Below are positions 21,574 to 33,092 of a DNA stretch of 64,000 bases, one piece after another (position 1 is the first letter of the stretch; every line of letters starts with the position of its first letter). Origin of the DNA: Anaeromyxobacteraceae bacterium (GTDB lineage Bacteria > Myxococcota > Myxococcia > Myxococcales > Anaeromyxobacteraceae); the NCBI GenBank assembly GCA_032654565.1, contig JAULAX010000017.1, positions 672,001 to 736,000 on the forward strand, written 5' to 3'. Both the position numbers and the translations under genes were made by a program. The notes below the pieces were generated by a model, which ran no database searches, had not been told where the DNA came from, and saw only the letters and a program-made list of their open reading frames with translations.

Positions 21574-24078
21574 TCACGGGGCGAGGTGGTGGGCCCCGGG
21601 GACCGAGAGCGCGCCGCTGGCGCCGCCGTGGCAGGTGGCGCAGGCCTCCACCGTCCCCACGGTGTGGCTGGCGGCGTGGACCCGCCCGGGCCCGGTGTCG
21701 TGGCAGCCGAGGCAGGCCGACTGGATGGGGGGCACCCTCGGCTCGCTGGCGGCGTGGGCCGACTTTCCCGAGTGCAGGATCGAGGCGGTCTCGTTGGCCA
21801 CGGTGGACTGGGCCTCGGCCGGCACCGCCTCGATGCGGAAGCTCTCCTCCACGTGGCAGAGCCGGCAGTTGGCCAGGGCGTTGGGGAAGCGGATGTCGTC
21901 GAAGAAGTAGACCGCCTTGGAGCCGCCCGGGTTGCCGTAGACGGCGAAGGGGGCGGAGGCGGAGAGCCCGGCCACGCCGGTGGAATCGCCGGTGTGGATG
22001 CGGTGGACCAGCACCTTCAGGTTGACGGAGCGCTCCTCGCGGTTGTCGTAGGTGCCGAAGGCGTTGGCGCTGGCCACGGTGTTCAGGTTGACGTTGCCGC
22101 CGGCGGCCTTGGGCCGCCGGGTCCAGTCGGTCCGGTCGGGGGCGTGGCACATCAGGCAGTACTGGAGCTCGTTGCGAAGCCCGCCGTGCAGGCTCAGGCT
22201 GCCGTGGCAGGCGTTGCAGGCCTCGGTGGTCACCACGGTGCGGCGCGGCGCCGGGCTGCCGGTCCACATCGCGCCGGTGGCGGTGTCGACGTACTGGACC
22301 CGGTTGCTGGCCGCCTCGGTCAGCGACTCGCCGGTGTAGGGCCAGGGGAAGGTGTCGGCCAGGGCGTTGTAGTGGACGGTGGTGAGCGAGCGGCGCGCCT
22401 CCATGGCCACCGCCCAGGTCCCCGAGGCGGTGGGCGAGAGCACGTTGCCGAAGGTGTAGCGGAACTGCCCGCTGGCGTCGGCCACGGCGGTGAGCGGCAC
22501 CGCCTCGGTGGCCGGCAGGGTGTTGGTGGAGGCGAAGTTGCCGGTGGCGTAGTCGGTGGTCGGGCCGGAGATGGTGATGGCGACCCGGGAGAGGGCTCGC
22601 GGCACCGGGCTCTGGCCGGCGTAGGTGTTGGTGTTGAGCGGCGAGATGGCGTTCCCCTGGTCGTAGGCCTTGAAGACCACGGTGGGGGCCTTGCCCGGGG
22701 CCAGATCGAGCACCTGCACCACGTCCACCTGCGGCCTGTCGGAGGCGGGGTGCTGGGAGGGCGGGACGTGGACGTCGCGGGTGTCGGCGTAGAGCTTGAA
22801 CGGCGCCGGGCCGCCGGGGCTGACGTGGCACTTCACGCAGCTGGCGTCGTCGGCCTGCGGCCCGCCCAGGTGGGCGAAGTGGACGGCGTCGGTGCCGCCG
22901 GTGCCGAACCAGGCGTCGGCGTGGCAGCTGCCGCAGGTCCGGCGGGAGATGGCCTGCCACTGCTGGTCGGCCTGCGGCGCGCCGCCGTGGCAGGCGGCGC
23001 AGTCGCGCAGGTCGCGCGGGTAGCCGATCCCCTCCGCCACCACCCTGGCCGGCTGGTCGTTGTCGGTCCGGGCCACCACCTTGCCGACCACCAGCTCGGT
23101 GGACCGGAAGCCGACGATCGAGAAGCGCTGCCCGAGCAGCGGGGTGTTCCGGCCGGGGAGGAAGGGGAGCGGCATGGCGCTGCCGGCGTTGAGCGGCGGC
23201 GCCGCCAGGGTGTTGCTGCTGGCCAGGTAGAGGGTGGGCAGGTTCTTGCCCCGGTGAATGCGGTGGACCAGCCGGCCCAGGTCGAGCGGGTTGGGGTTGG
23301 TGGCGGTGGTGGCGCCGGCCATGGCGGCCGGGTCGACGGTGTCGGGATCGGCGTTCTGCACGGTGTGGCAGGTGAGGCAGAGCCGTATCCCGTGGCGGAC
23401 CCCGTGGGCCACCACCCGGCCGTGGCAGCCGTTGCAGCTGGCGTCGAGGACGGCGTCGCGGACCCGCGGCGTGCCGCCGGCCGGGACGAAGTCGAAGGTG
23501 GCGGCCGACCTCTCGGCGACCGGGGCGCCGTTGAGCCAGGCGCCGACGCGCAGGGTCTCGGCCGGGTCGTAGGCGAAGAGGCCGGTCGAGGTGAGCCCGT
23601 TCAGGAAGGTGTAGCGGAAGTCGCCGCCGCCGCGGTCCTCGAGGGCGCCGGTCCGCTCCGAGCCGGGCTGCTTGCCGGCGTCGATGAAGCCGGCCGGGGT
23701 CCCGGGCCCGTCGATGGGGTTGCTGGCCAGCGACTGGCTGCCGGTGCGGAGCAGGCTCTTCCAGGCGGCCAGGCCGCTGACCGGGTCGGTGGAGAGGGCC
23801 GCCACGGTGAAGGTCGGCACCACGCTGGCGGCGGTGAGCTGGTTGAGCGAGGCGGGCGCCCCGTCGGCGGTGACGTGGAAGCTGACCACCACGTTGCTGG
23901 TGGTGAGGTTCCCGGCGGTGACCGGCCTGACCTCCGCGCCGGTGAGCTCGATGGCGTAGCTGGCGGCGGCGGCCACCGGCTGGGCCGCCGGATCGCCCAC
24001 CTTCACCGGCGTGCAGGCGGCGCCGGCCAGCCAGGCGCCGAGCCCCACCCCCACCCTCCATGCGCTCCAGCTCGGCAT
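21574..24078 (-). CDS. Decaheme c-type cytochrome lipoprotein, OmcA/MtrC family
   Basis: Ten CxxCH motifs (CNGCH, CLTCH, CAACH, CGSCH, CVKCH, CNACH, CLMCH, CRLCH, CLGCH, CATCH) in two pentaheme blocks, each after a beta-rich domain; two LVHRIH motifs; lipobox-like AGAAC. Confidence 0.9.
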   Translation of the reverse strand: MPSWSAWRVGVGLGAWLAGAACTPVKVGDPAAQPVAAAASYAIELTGAEVRPVTAGNLTTSNVVVSFHVTADGAPASLNQLTAASVVPTFTVAALSTDPVSGLAAWKSLLRTGSQSLASNPIDGPGTPAGFIDAGKQPGSERTGALEDRGGGDFRYTFLNGLTSTGLFAYDPAETLRVGAWLNGAPVAERSAATFDFVPAGGTPRVRDAVLDASCNGCHGRVVAHGVRHGIRLCLTCHTVQNADPDTVDPAAMAGATTATNPNPLDLGRLVHRIHRGKNLPTLYLASSNTLAAPPLNAGSAMPLPFLPGRNTPLLGQRFSIVGFRSTELVVGKVVARTDNDQPARVVAEGIGYPRDLRDCAACHGGAPQADQQWQAISRRTCGSCHADAWFGTGGTDAVHFAHLGGPQADDASCVKCHVSPGGPAPFKLYADTRDVHVPPSQHPASDRPQVDVVQVLDLAPGKAPTVVFKAYDQGNAISPLNTNTYAGQSPVPRALSRVAITISGPTTDYATGNFASTNTLPATEAVPLTAVADASGQFRYTFGNVLSPTASGTWAVAMEARRSLTTVHYNALADTFPWPYTGESLTEAASNRVQYVDTATGAMWTGSPAPRRTVVTTEACNACHGSLSLHGGLRNELQYCLMCHAPDRTDWTRRPKAAGGNVNLNTVASANAFGTYDNREERSVNLKVLVHRIHTGDSTGVAGLSASAPFAVYGNPGGSKAVYFFDDIRFPNALANCRLCHVEESFRIEAVPAEAQSTVANETASILHSGKSAHAASEPRVPPIQSACLGCHDTGPGRVHAASHTVGTVEACATCHGGASGALSVPGAHHLAP

Positions 24079-24172
24079 CCTCACCCCTCCGCGGAAGTGG
24101 CCATGGTAGCCCAAACCCGGGCCAGACCGGCCGCGGCGGCGGCGCATTCTCCGGACCGGGTGGGAGCCGCCC

Positions 24173-24670
24173 CTACCCGGCCAGCTCCTCGAAGACCCCG
24201 TGCTCCCGGTCCTTGCGCACCTTGTCGCCGGCGAAGACCCGGCCGTTCATGGCCACGTAGACCCCGGGCGGCAGCACCTGGGCGAAGGAGAGCGCGCTGC
24301 CGAGGTTGAAGAGCCCGTCGGAGCTGCCGAAGGCGTAGGGGACCATGGCGCCGGTCAGCACCACGGTCTTGCCGAGCCCGGCCGCCTGCAGGGCCCGGGC
24401 GGTCTCGGCCATGGTGTCGGTGCCGTGGGTGACCACCAGCCGGTCCTCCAGGCTGGTCCGGCAGCGCGCCACCACCCGCCCCCGGTCGGCCTCGGTCATG
24501 TCGAGGCTGTCGATCATCATCAGCGTCTCCACCTGCACCGGGATGCGGCAGCGGGCCAGCCGGAGCATCTCCGGCAGGTGGGTGTCCTTGAAGAAGAGCC
24601 GGCCGCCCAGCTCGTCGTACTCCTTGTCGAAGGTGCCGCCGGTGACGAGGACGCGGATGGTCGGGTTCAA
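24173..24670 (-). CDS. Short single-domain asparaginase-family protein
   Basis: Catalytic motifs TGGT and HGTDTM, VLTGAM, SDGLFN; only 165 aa. Confidence 0.85.
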   Translation of the reverse strand: MNPTIRVLVTGGTFDKEYDELGGRLFFKDTHLPEMLRLARCRIPVQVETLMMIDSLDMTEADRGRVVARCRTSLEDRLVVTHGTDTMAETARALQAAGLGKTVVLTGAMVPYAFGSSDGLFNLGSALSFAQVLPPGVYVAMNGRVFAGDKVRKDREHGVFEELAG

Positions 24671-24759
24671 GGTGAGGCTCCCTGGCCGGGTGGGGGCGGC
24701 TGGCCGGGGCCGATGATACGGCCCGCCGGGGCGCGCCGGAAGCGCGGTATGTTCCGGCC

Positions 24760-25200
24760 GTGCCCCTCTTCTCCCCGCGCCTGCCCGCCGTCGTCACCCG
24801 CGCCGACCTGGCGTGGCTGGTCACCCCCACCTACGCCGAGGCCCTCTCGGTGGAGGACGACGAGGCCCACGAGCGGCTGGCGCGGGCCCTGCAGCACCCC
24901 GAGCTGGTCGACGACCTGCTCTGGGGGATCTCCGAGGCCCTCCCGGACAAGCAGGGCGCCCGCACCACCCCCGACCAGCTGGTCGACAAGCTCTCCAGGG
25001 CGCTCCACGCCCGGCGCGGCAAGGTGACCGCGGCGGCGGCCGGGCCGTCGGTCTCGGCGGTGCTGGTCCGCATCAACGTCGAGCTGGGGCTGGCGGCGGA
25101 GCCCATGCGCATGACCCTGCAGACCGATAAGGGACAGAAGCTGCTCGACGACGGGCTCCGCACGCTGGGGGCCCACCTGGTGAACGAGCTGCTCAAGTGA
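24760..25200 (+). CDS. Hypothetical protein
   Basis: 146-aa ORF with typical GC3-rich codon use, directly upstream of the ADH gene. Confidence 0.7.
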   Translation: MPLFSPRLPAVVTRADLAWLVTPTYAEALSVEDDEAHERLARALQHPELVDDLLWGISEALPDKQGARTTPDQLVDKLSRALHARRGKVTAAAAGPSVSAVLVRINVELGLAAEPMRMTLQTDKGQKLLDDGLRTLGAHLVNELLK

Positions 25201-25232
25201 CCTGACCCACGTCCCCCCATCGAGGAACTCGC

Positions 25233-26276
25233 ATGTCCAGAACCAAGGCCTACGCCGCCCTCTCCCCGACCACCCCGCTGGTCCCCTTCGAGCTCGACCG
25301 GCGCGAGCCCGGCCCCGCCGACGTGGTCATCGAACTGGCCTTCTGCGGCGTCTGCCACTCCGACATCCACCAGGCCCGCGACGAGTGGGGCGGGGCGCGC
25401 TTCCCCATGGTCCCAGGCCACGAGATGGTGGGCACGGTGGTGCGGGTCGGCGCCGCGGTGACGAAGTTCAAGGTGGGCGACCGGGCCGGCGTCGGCTGCA
25501 TGGTCGACTCCTGCCGCAGCTGCGAGAGCTGCCGGCAGGACCTGGAGCAGTTCTGCCAGAAGGGGGCGGCCTTCTCCTACAACGGCACCGAGATGGACCG
25601 GGCCACGCCCACCTTCGGCGGCTACTCGAAGCAGGTGGTGGCCACCGAGGCCTTCGTGCTCAAGGTCTCCCCGAAGCTCGACCTGGCCGGGTCGGCGCCG
25701 CTGCTCTGCGCCGGCATCACCACCTGGTCGCCGCTGCGCCACTGGAAGGCCGGCAAGGGCCAGCGCATCGGCGTGGTCGGGCTGGGCGGGCTCGGCCACA
25801 TGGCGGTGAAGCTGGCCGCCTCCCTCGGCTGCGAGGTGACCATGCTCTCCACCTCCAAGGCCAAGGAGGCCGACGCCCGGCGGCTCGGCGCCCACCAGTT
25901 CGCGCTCACCTCCGAGAAGGCCACCTTCAAGCGGCTGGCCGGCCACTTCGACCTCATCCTCGACACCATCTCGGCGCCGCACGACTACAACGCCTACCTC
26001 GGCCTCCTCAAGGTGAACGGGACCATGGTGCTGCTCGGCGTCCCGCCCCAGCCGACGCCGGTGGCCGCCTTCGCCCTGATCGGCGGGCGGCGCAGCCTGG
26101 CCGGCTCGCTGATCGGCGGCGTGGCCGAGACCCAGGAGCTGCTCGACCACTGCGCCACGCACGGCATCACCTCCGACGTCGAGGTGATCCCGGTGCAGCA
26201 GGTGAACGAGGCCTACCAGCGGATGATCAAGAACGACGTCCGCTACCGGTTCGTCCTCGACCTGGCGACGCTGTAG
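25233..26276 (+). CDS. Zn-dependent NAD(P)H alcohol dehydrogenase (cinnamyl-ADH/YahK type)
   Basis: Motifs CGVCHSD, PGHE, CRSCESC..C, LLCAGIT, GLGGLGH, RYRFVLD. Confidence 0.95.
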   Translation: MSRTKAYAALSPTTPLVPFELDRREPGPADVVIELAFCGVCHSDIHQARDEWGGARFPMVPGHEMVGTVVRVGAAVTKFKVGDRAGVGCMVDSCRSCESCRQDLEQFCQKGAAFSYNGTEMDRATPTFGGYSKQVVATEAFVLKVSPKLDLAGSAPLLCAGITTWSPLRHWKAGKGQRIGVVGLGGLGHMAVKLAASLGCEVTMLSTSKAKEADARRLGAHQFALTSEKATFKRLAGHFDLILDTISAPHDYNAYLGLLKVNGTMVLLGVPPQPTPVAAFALIGGRRSLAGSLIGGVAETQELLDHCATHGITSDVEVIPVQQVNEAYQRMIKNDVRYRFVLDLATL

Positions 26277-26286
26277 GCGCGTCCGA

Positions 26287-27225
26287 TCACCGCGTCGGCG
26301 GGGGAGGCGGTGGCGTCGTCGCGGCCGCCGGGGCGATGGGCGCCGCGCCCGTGGGCCCCGGGAGCGGCCGGACCGGGACCTGCAGGTTGCAGAGGTCGAC
26401 GTGGCCGGCGGGGCGGTGGTACCAGGGCTCGCGCCGGTTGCGGCGCGACTCCACCAGCGCCGCCCAGGCCGGCCCCTCGGTCCTGAAGAGCTCGAGCCGG
26501 GTCCGCTCGGCGGCGGGGAGGTCGGCGGCGAGCCGCACCGCCCTGATCTCGGTTCGCATCCCGGCCTGCGCGTAGAACCCCATGGGGGCCGGCCCCCGCG
26601 CCTGCACCGAGAGCAGCTCCATCCCCTGCACCACCCGGCCGACGGTGGTGATGTTCCGGTCGAGGTGGCGCGGCGACTGGCCGATCACCACGTAGAGCGA
26701 GGCGCCGGTGGAGGAGTCGGGCGGGGTGTCGCGGCCGGCCCCGACCACGCCGTAGCAGTGGGCCAGCCAGGCCAGGCCGGCCTTCGGGTCGCGGGCCACG
26801 GCGAAGCCGTCGCTGAAGCCCACCTCCGGCGCCCAGCCGTCGGCGTCGGGCAGCCTGGTGAAGGGGAGCCCGGCGGCGGCCCGGGTGAACTCGGCCGGCA
26901 GCCTGGCCTCGGCCTTGCCGAGCGGCCGCGCCCGGGCCGGCTCCAGGTCGTCGGGCTCGCCCCACTGCACCACGAAGTTGTCCTGGGCGCGCACGATCGC
27001 CAGCCCGTCCCAGTAGCCGCCCCGGGCCAGCGCCGCGAGGTTGGCGACGTGGCGCGGCGCGAAGGCCGGCGCCAGCTCGATCACCACCCGGCCGGCGGGG
27101 AGCTCCAGGTAGAGGGTCCGCTGGTCGTCGAGCGGCCGCCAGGCCGAGGGCGGAGCGCCCTCCACGATCTCCTGGGTGGTGGCGGTGAGCGCCAGGGCGA
27201 GCAGGGCGGCGGCGAGGGTCGGCAT
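26287..27225 (-). CDS. Exported cyclophilin-type peptidyl-prolyl isomerase
   Basis: Signal peptide; [39 protein letters not shown]. Confidence 0.85.
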   Translation of the reverse strand: MPTLAAALLALALTATTQEIVEGAPPSAWRPLDDQRTLYLELPAGRVVIELAPAFAPRHVANLAALARGGYWDGLAIVRAQDNFVVQWGEPDDLEPARARPLGKAEARLPAEFTRAAAGLPFTRLPDADGWAPEVGFSDGFAVARDPKAGLAWLAHCYGVVGAGRDTPPDSSTGASLYVVIGQSPRHLDRNITTVGRVVQGMELLSVQARGPAPMGFYAQAGMRTEIRAVRLAADLPAAERTRLELFRTEGPAWAALVESRRNRREPWYHRPAGHVDLCNLQVPVRPLPGPTGAAPIAPAAATTPPPPPPTR

Positions 27226-27307
27226 GCGCCGACGCTAGTCCGGCCCGGCCCGGAGATCGAGCCGGATCCGGCCACCCTCCCCGCCCGGCGCGCCCCGCCG
27301 GCGCCGC

Positions 27308-27661
27308 CTACCTCGGCATGTCGCCGAGGCCGCCGGCGTTGACCACGTCGGTGTAGCCGGCCTGCTTGAGCATCCGCGCGGCCATGCCGCTGCGGCCGCC
27401 GGAGGCGCAGTAGAGCACCACCGCCTGCTCCTTCTTGATCTCGCCGAGCCGCCTGGGCAGGTCGCCCACCGGGATGTTCACCGCGCCGGGGTAGAAGCCG
27501 TCGCGGAACTCCTCCGGCGACCGCACGTCGACGATCTGCGCCCCGGCCTTGATCTTCTCCATCACCACGCTCTGAGCCACCTTGCCTCCCTTGAGGATCT
27601 TCCTGACGATGAGAAACCCGGCCACGGCGATCACCGCCGCGGTCACTGGATCGATGTTCAC
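27308..27661 (-). CDS. Membrane-anchored rhodanese-like sulfurtransferase
   Basis: GTG start overlaps the upstream TGA; N-terminal TM; DVRSPEEF, YCASGGRS. Confidence 0.88.
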   Translation of the reverse strand: MNIDPVTAAVIAVAGFLIVRKILKGGKVAQSVVMEKIKAGAQIVDVRSPEEFRDGFYPGAVNIPVGDLPRRLGEIKKEQAVVLYCASGGRSGMAARMLKQAGYTDVVNAGGLGDMPR

Positions 27662-29319
27662 GCACCCTCCACGTCGAAGCCGCCCTCGAGCTCGAGGCTG
27701 ACCCAGCCCCCGGTGAGGTTGACCACGTCGGTATAACCACTCTCCTTGAGCGTCCGCAGCGCCAGGTGGGCGCGGAAGCCGGAGCGGCAGTGCAGCACCA
27801 GCCGCCGGTCGCGGGGCAGCTGGGCCAGCTCCCAGCGGACGTCGTCCACCGGCAGGTGGAGGGCCCCGCGGAGGTGGCCGCGCCCCCACTCGCCGAGGGT
27901 GCGGACGTCGACCACCAGCGGCGGCGTCGGCGACTGCAGCTCGGCCTTGAGCCGGGCGGCGGTGAGCAGCGGCGAGAAGCCGGAGAGGTCGTTGCCGGCG
28001 ATGAAGGCGGCCAGGTTGACCGGGTCGTTGGCCGAGGAGTACGGGGGGGCGTAGGCCAGGTCGAGCTCGGCCAGATCGTGCACCGTCATCCCGCCGTGCA
28101 GCGCCGTGGCCAGCACGTCGATGCGCTTCTCGACGCCGGCGTGGCCGAAGGCCTGGGCTCCCAGCAGCCTCGCCGAGGTGCGGTCGTAGACCAGCTTGAG
28201 CGAGAGCTCGCGGGCGCCGGGGTAGTAGCCGGCGTGGTGGTCCTTGTGGATCACCGCCACGCCCACCTCGAACCCGGCCTCGCGCGCGGCGCGCTCGGTG
28301 AGCCCGGTGGAGGCGGCGGTGGCCTCGAAGATCTTGACCACGCTGGTGCCGACGGCGCCGCCGTAGCGCATGGGGTGGCCGAGGGCGTTGGAGGCGGCGA
28401 TCCGCCCCTGGCGGTTGGCCGGCCCGGCCAGCGGGATGCGGACCTTCTTGCCGGAGACCCGGTGGAGCACCTCGACCATGTCACCGGCCGCGTAGATGTG
28501 CGGGTCGGAGGTCCGCAGCTGCTCGTCGACCAGCAGGCCCCCAGCCGGGCCGAGGGTGAGCCCGGCCGACTTCACCAGGGTCAGCTCGGGGCGGACCCCG
28601 ACCGAGAAGAGCACCAGGTCGGCGGGGAGCCTGCGGCCGTCGGAGAGCTCGACGGTCTTGTCGGCGCCCACCGCCTTGACGCCGACGCCGGTCAGCACCT
28701 GCACGCCGTGGGCGGCCAGCTCGCCGGCCACCTGCACGCCGAACTCGCGGTCCATCACCCCCATGACCGTGGGGAGCAGCTCGACCACGGTGGTCTCCAG
28801 CCCTCGCGAGCGGAAGGCCTCGGCCATCTCCAGCCCGATGAAGCCGCCGCCCACCACCACGGCGTGGCGCGGCTTCTCGGCCTCGATGAAGCCGTCGAGC
28901 CGGTCCATGTCGGGCACGGTCCAGAGCTTGAAGACGTGGGGGGCGTCGGCGCCGGGCAGCGGCGGCATGATGGGGTTCCCGCCCTGCGCCAGGATCAGGG
29001 TGTCGTAGGGGATCCAGCGCTCGCCGTCGGGGCCGAGGGCCCGGACCCGCTTGCCGGCGCGGTCGATCTCCAGCGCCTCGGTCCGCACCTCCACCTTGAC
29101 CCGGTAGCGGGCGTCGAACCCCTCGGGGGTCTGCAGCAGCAGGGCGGAGCGCTTCTCGATGTCGCGGGAGATGAAGTAGGGGAGGCCGCAGTTGGCGTAG
29201 GAGACGTAGGGCCCGCGCTCCAGCACCGTGATCTCCGCCGTCTCGCTGAGCCGGCGAGCCCGGGCCGCCGCGGTCGCCCCACCCGCCACGCCTCCGATGA
29301 TGAGCAGTCTCGTCGTCAT
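27658..29319 (-). CDS. CoA-disulfide reductase family flavoprotein with C-terminal rhodanese domain (persulfide reductase-like)
   Basis: Motifs GGVAGG, SYANCGLPY, GGGFIGLE, LAYAPPYS; rhodanese HCRSGFRA. Confidence 0.92.
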   Translation of the reverse strand: MTTRLLIIGGVAGGATAAARARRLSETAEITVLERGPYVSYANCGLPYFISRDIEKRSALLLQTPEGFDARYRVKVEVRTEALEIDRAGKRVRALGPDGERWIPYDTLILAQGGNPIMPPLPGADAPHVFKLWTVPDMDRLDGFIEAEKPRHAVVVGGGFIGLEMAEAFRSRGLETTVVELLPTVMGVMDREFGVQVAGELAAHGVQVLTGVGVKAVGADKTVELSDGRRLPADLVLFSVGVRPELTLVKSAGLTLGPAGGLLVDEQLRTSDPHIYAAGDMVEVLHRVSGKKVRIPLAGPANRQGRIAASNALGHPMRYGGAVGTSVVKIFEATAASTGLTERAAREAGFEVGVAVIHKDHHAGYYPGARELSLKLVYDRTSARLLGAQAFGHAGVEKRIDVLATALHGGMTVHDLAELDLAYAPPYSSANDPVNLAAFIAGNDLSGFSPLLTAARLKAELQSPTPPLVVDVRTLGEWGRGHLRGALHLPVDDVRWELAQLPRDRRLVLHCRSGFRAHLALRTLKESGYTDVVNLTGGWVSLELEGGFDVEGA

Positions 29320-29409
29320 GGTGGGTCAGAGCCTACGCCCCTGGGAAGGATTCGGCTGCGTGGCGACTTGACCACCCGCCCGCCGTCCAATACGACGGGG
29401 GGGCCCCGC

Positions 29410-30681
29410 ATGGTCAACCCACTCGAACCCCTGCTCGCCGACGGTGTCATCGACGAGGTCCTCTCCCGGCTCAAGAGCGGCAAGGAGGCGGACCTGTGGC
29501 TGGTGCGCCACGGCCAGGAGGTGGTGGCCGCCAAGGTCTACAAGTCGCGCCAGACCCGCTCCTTCAAGAACAACTCGGCCTACCTGGAGGGGCGGCGCAC
29601 CCGGAACAGCCGGACCCAGCGGGCCATGGACCGGGGGAGCAAGTTCGGCCAGGCCGCCGCCGAGGAGGCCTGGAAGACCAAGGAGGCCGACGCCCTCCAC
29701 GCCCTCCACGCCGCCGGGGTGCGGGTGCCGCGGCCGGTCCTCTTCTACGAAGGCGTGCTGCTGATGGAGGTGGTGGTGGACGCCGCCGGCCACCCCGCCC
29801 CCCGCCTCATCGACGCCGAGGTGGCGCAGGAGCAGGCCGCCGCCCTCTACGCCGACCTGCGCGCGCAGGTGGTCAAGATGCTCTGCTGCGATCTCGTGCA
29901 CGGCGACCTCTCCCCCTACAACGTCCTGCTGGGGTGGGACGGCCCGGTGGTCATCGACTTCCCGCAGGTGGTGGGGGCGGCCCACAACAGCCAGGCCGAG
30001 GGGTTCTTCTTCCGCGACCTCGCCAACCTGCGCCACTACTTCGAGGCCATCGACCCGGGCATCAAGGCCTTCGCCGGCGACGGCCGGGAGATCTGGCGGG
30101 CCTACACCAGGCGCGAGCTGGAGCCCGACTTCGTTCCGCCGCCGCCGCGCCCCGGCGCCGCCCCGCAGGTCGATCCCCGGGAGCTGCCGCCGCAGGAGCG
30201 GCCAGCACAGCCGCAGCGGTCCGGCGGGGCGGGGCGACCGGCCCACCCGCAGCGGCCGCCGCTGCAGCACCGCGCCCACCAGGGCGCCCGCCAGCCGGCG
30301 CCGCAGGGGCAGCGCCCGGCCCGGCCACCCCAGCAGCCCCAGCGCCCCGCCCAGCCCGGGCGCCAGCCCCAGCCGCAGCCCCCGGCCCAGCCGCCGCGTT
30401 CGCCGGGCCAGGACCGGCCGCAGCGCCCGCCGCAGCAGCAGCCGCAGCGCCCCGCCCAGCCCGGGCGCCAGCCGCAGCAGCAGCGGCGACCCGGTGGCGG
30501 GGGGCAGCCCCAGCGCGGTCCGATCGTGGAGCGGAGGCCGGTGCTGGGAGCGCAGCCAGCCCCTTCGGCGCCCGGAGGCGCTGGAGTCGCGGAGGCCTCG
30601 CCGGGTCAGGGCAGGAAGCGGAGAAGGCGGAGAGGTGGGCGTGGTGGCGGGGGTGGTGGGGGCGGAGCGGCGCCGGCCTAG
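29410..30681 (+). CDS. RIO1-family atypical kinase/ATPase with Pro/Gln/Arg-rich tail
   Basis: Motifs LKSGKEA, AAKVYK, VHGDLSPYNVL, IDFPQ; ATG at 29410. Confidence 0.9.
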   Translation: MVNPLEPLLADGVIDEVLSRLKSGKEADLWLVRHGQEVVAAKVYKSRQTRSFKNNSAYLEGRRTRNSRTQRAMDRGSKFGQAAAEEAWKTKEADALHALHAAGVRVPRPVLFYEGVLLMEVVVDAAGHPAPRLIDAEVAQEQAAALYADLRAQVVKMLCCDLVHGDLSPYNVLLGWDGPVVIDFPQVVGAAHNSQAEGFFFRDLANLRHYFEAIDPGIKAFAGDGREIWRAYTRRELEPDFVPPPPRPGAAPQVDPRELPPQERPAQPQRSGGAGRPAHPQRPPLQHRAHQGARQPAPQGQRPARPPQQPQRPAQPGRQPQPQPPAQPPRSPGQDRPQRPPQQQPQRPAQPGRQPQQQRRPGGGGQPQRGPIVERRPVLGAQPAPSAPGGAGVAEASPGQGRKRRRRRGGRGGGGGGGGAAPA

Positions 30682-30786
30682 GGCTGTTGGTTCCCTGGGG
30701 GAGGACCACGTCCTCGAAGCTTGCGGCGGCTCCACCAGAAGCTGGAGCCGTCGCGACTGAGAAGCCGGAGCCGTCGCGATCAGCGA

Positions 30787-31152
30787 TTACCTCAACCCCA
30801 CCACGTTGTCGCCGCCCTCCCACTCCGCCAGCCGCCCCACCTGGCGCGCCAGCTCCGGCCAGGTCTCGCCGGTGCACCGCTCCACCTCGCGGGCCAGGAA
30901 GGCCTTGAGCCGGGGCAGCTCCCACTCGAAGACCAGCAGCAGCCCGCGCCCGGGGACGGCGCCGTGGCGGCCGTGGCGCCGCTCCAGCCAGCGCGGCGTG
31001 GCCACCAGCAGCTCGAACCGCTCCCGCCCGCGCTGCCCGAGCACGCCCACCTCCAGCACCAGCGGCAGGGCGAACTCGTCGGCCACCGGTGGCCTCCAGC
31101 CCTCCAGGTCGGCGATCTCGTCGCAGCGGAGGCTCTTCAGGCGGGCGCGCAT
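30787..31152 (-). CDS. Immunity protein 8 (Imm8)-like
   Basis: Pattern MRARLKSL...WRP...F.L.L.LEVG..G..G.E.F.LLVATP.WL...CTGETWPELA..V.R..EWE matches my recollection of the Imm8 family. Confidence 0.7.
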   Translation of the reverse strand: MRARLKSLRCDEIADLEGWRPPVADEFALPLVLEVGVLGQRGRERFELLVATPRWLERRHGRHGAVPGRGLLLVFEWELPRLKAFLAREVERCTGETWPELARQVGRLAEWEGGDNVVGLR

Positions 31153-31240
31153 CCGCTCAATGTAACGCCCCGGCCCTCCGCTGGCTGAGGACGGAAGACC
31201 GGGGCGTCACCCCGCGACGGCTGTGGAGGTCCGGGCCCGC

Positions 31241-33022
<1,782 letters not shown>

Positions 33023-33092
33023 GTCTGCCTCCCTGTCGAACCCGTTGAACCGTGGAAGTACCGGCGCGCCCGCCCTCGGCGGGCCGTCCGCC

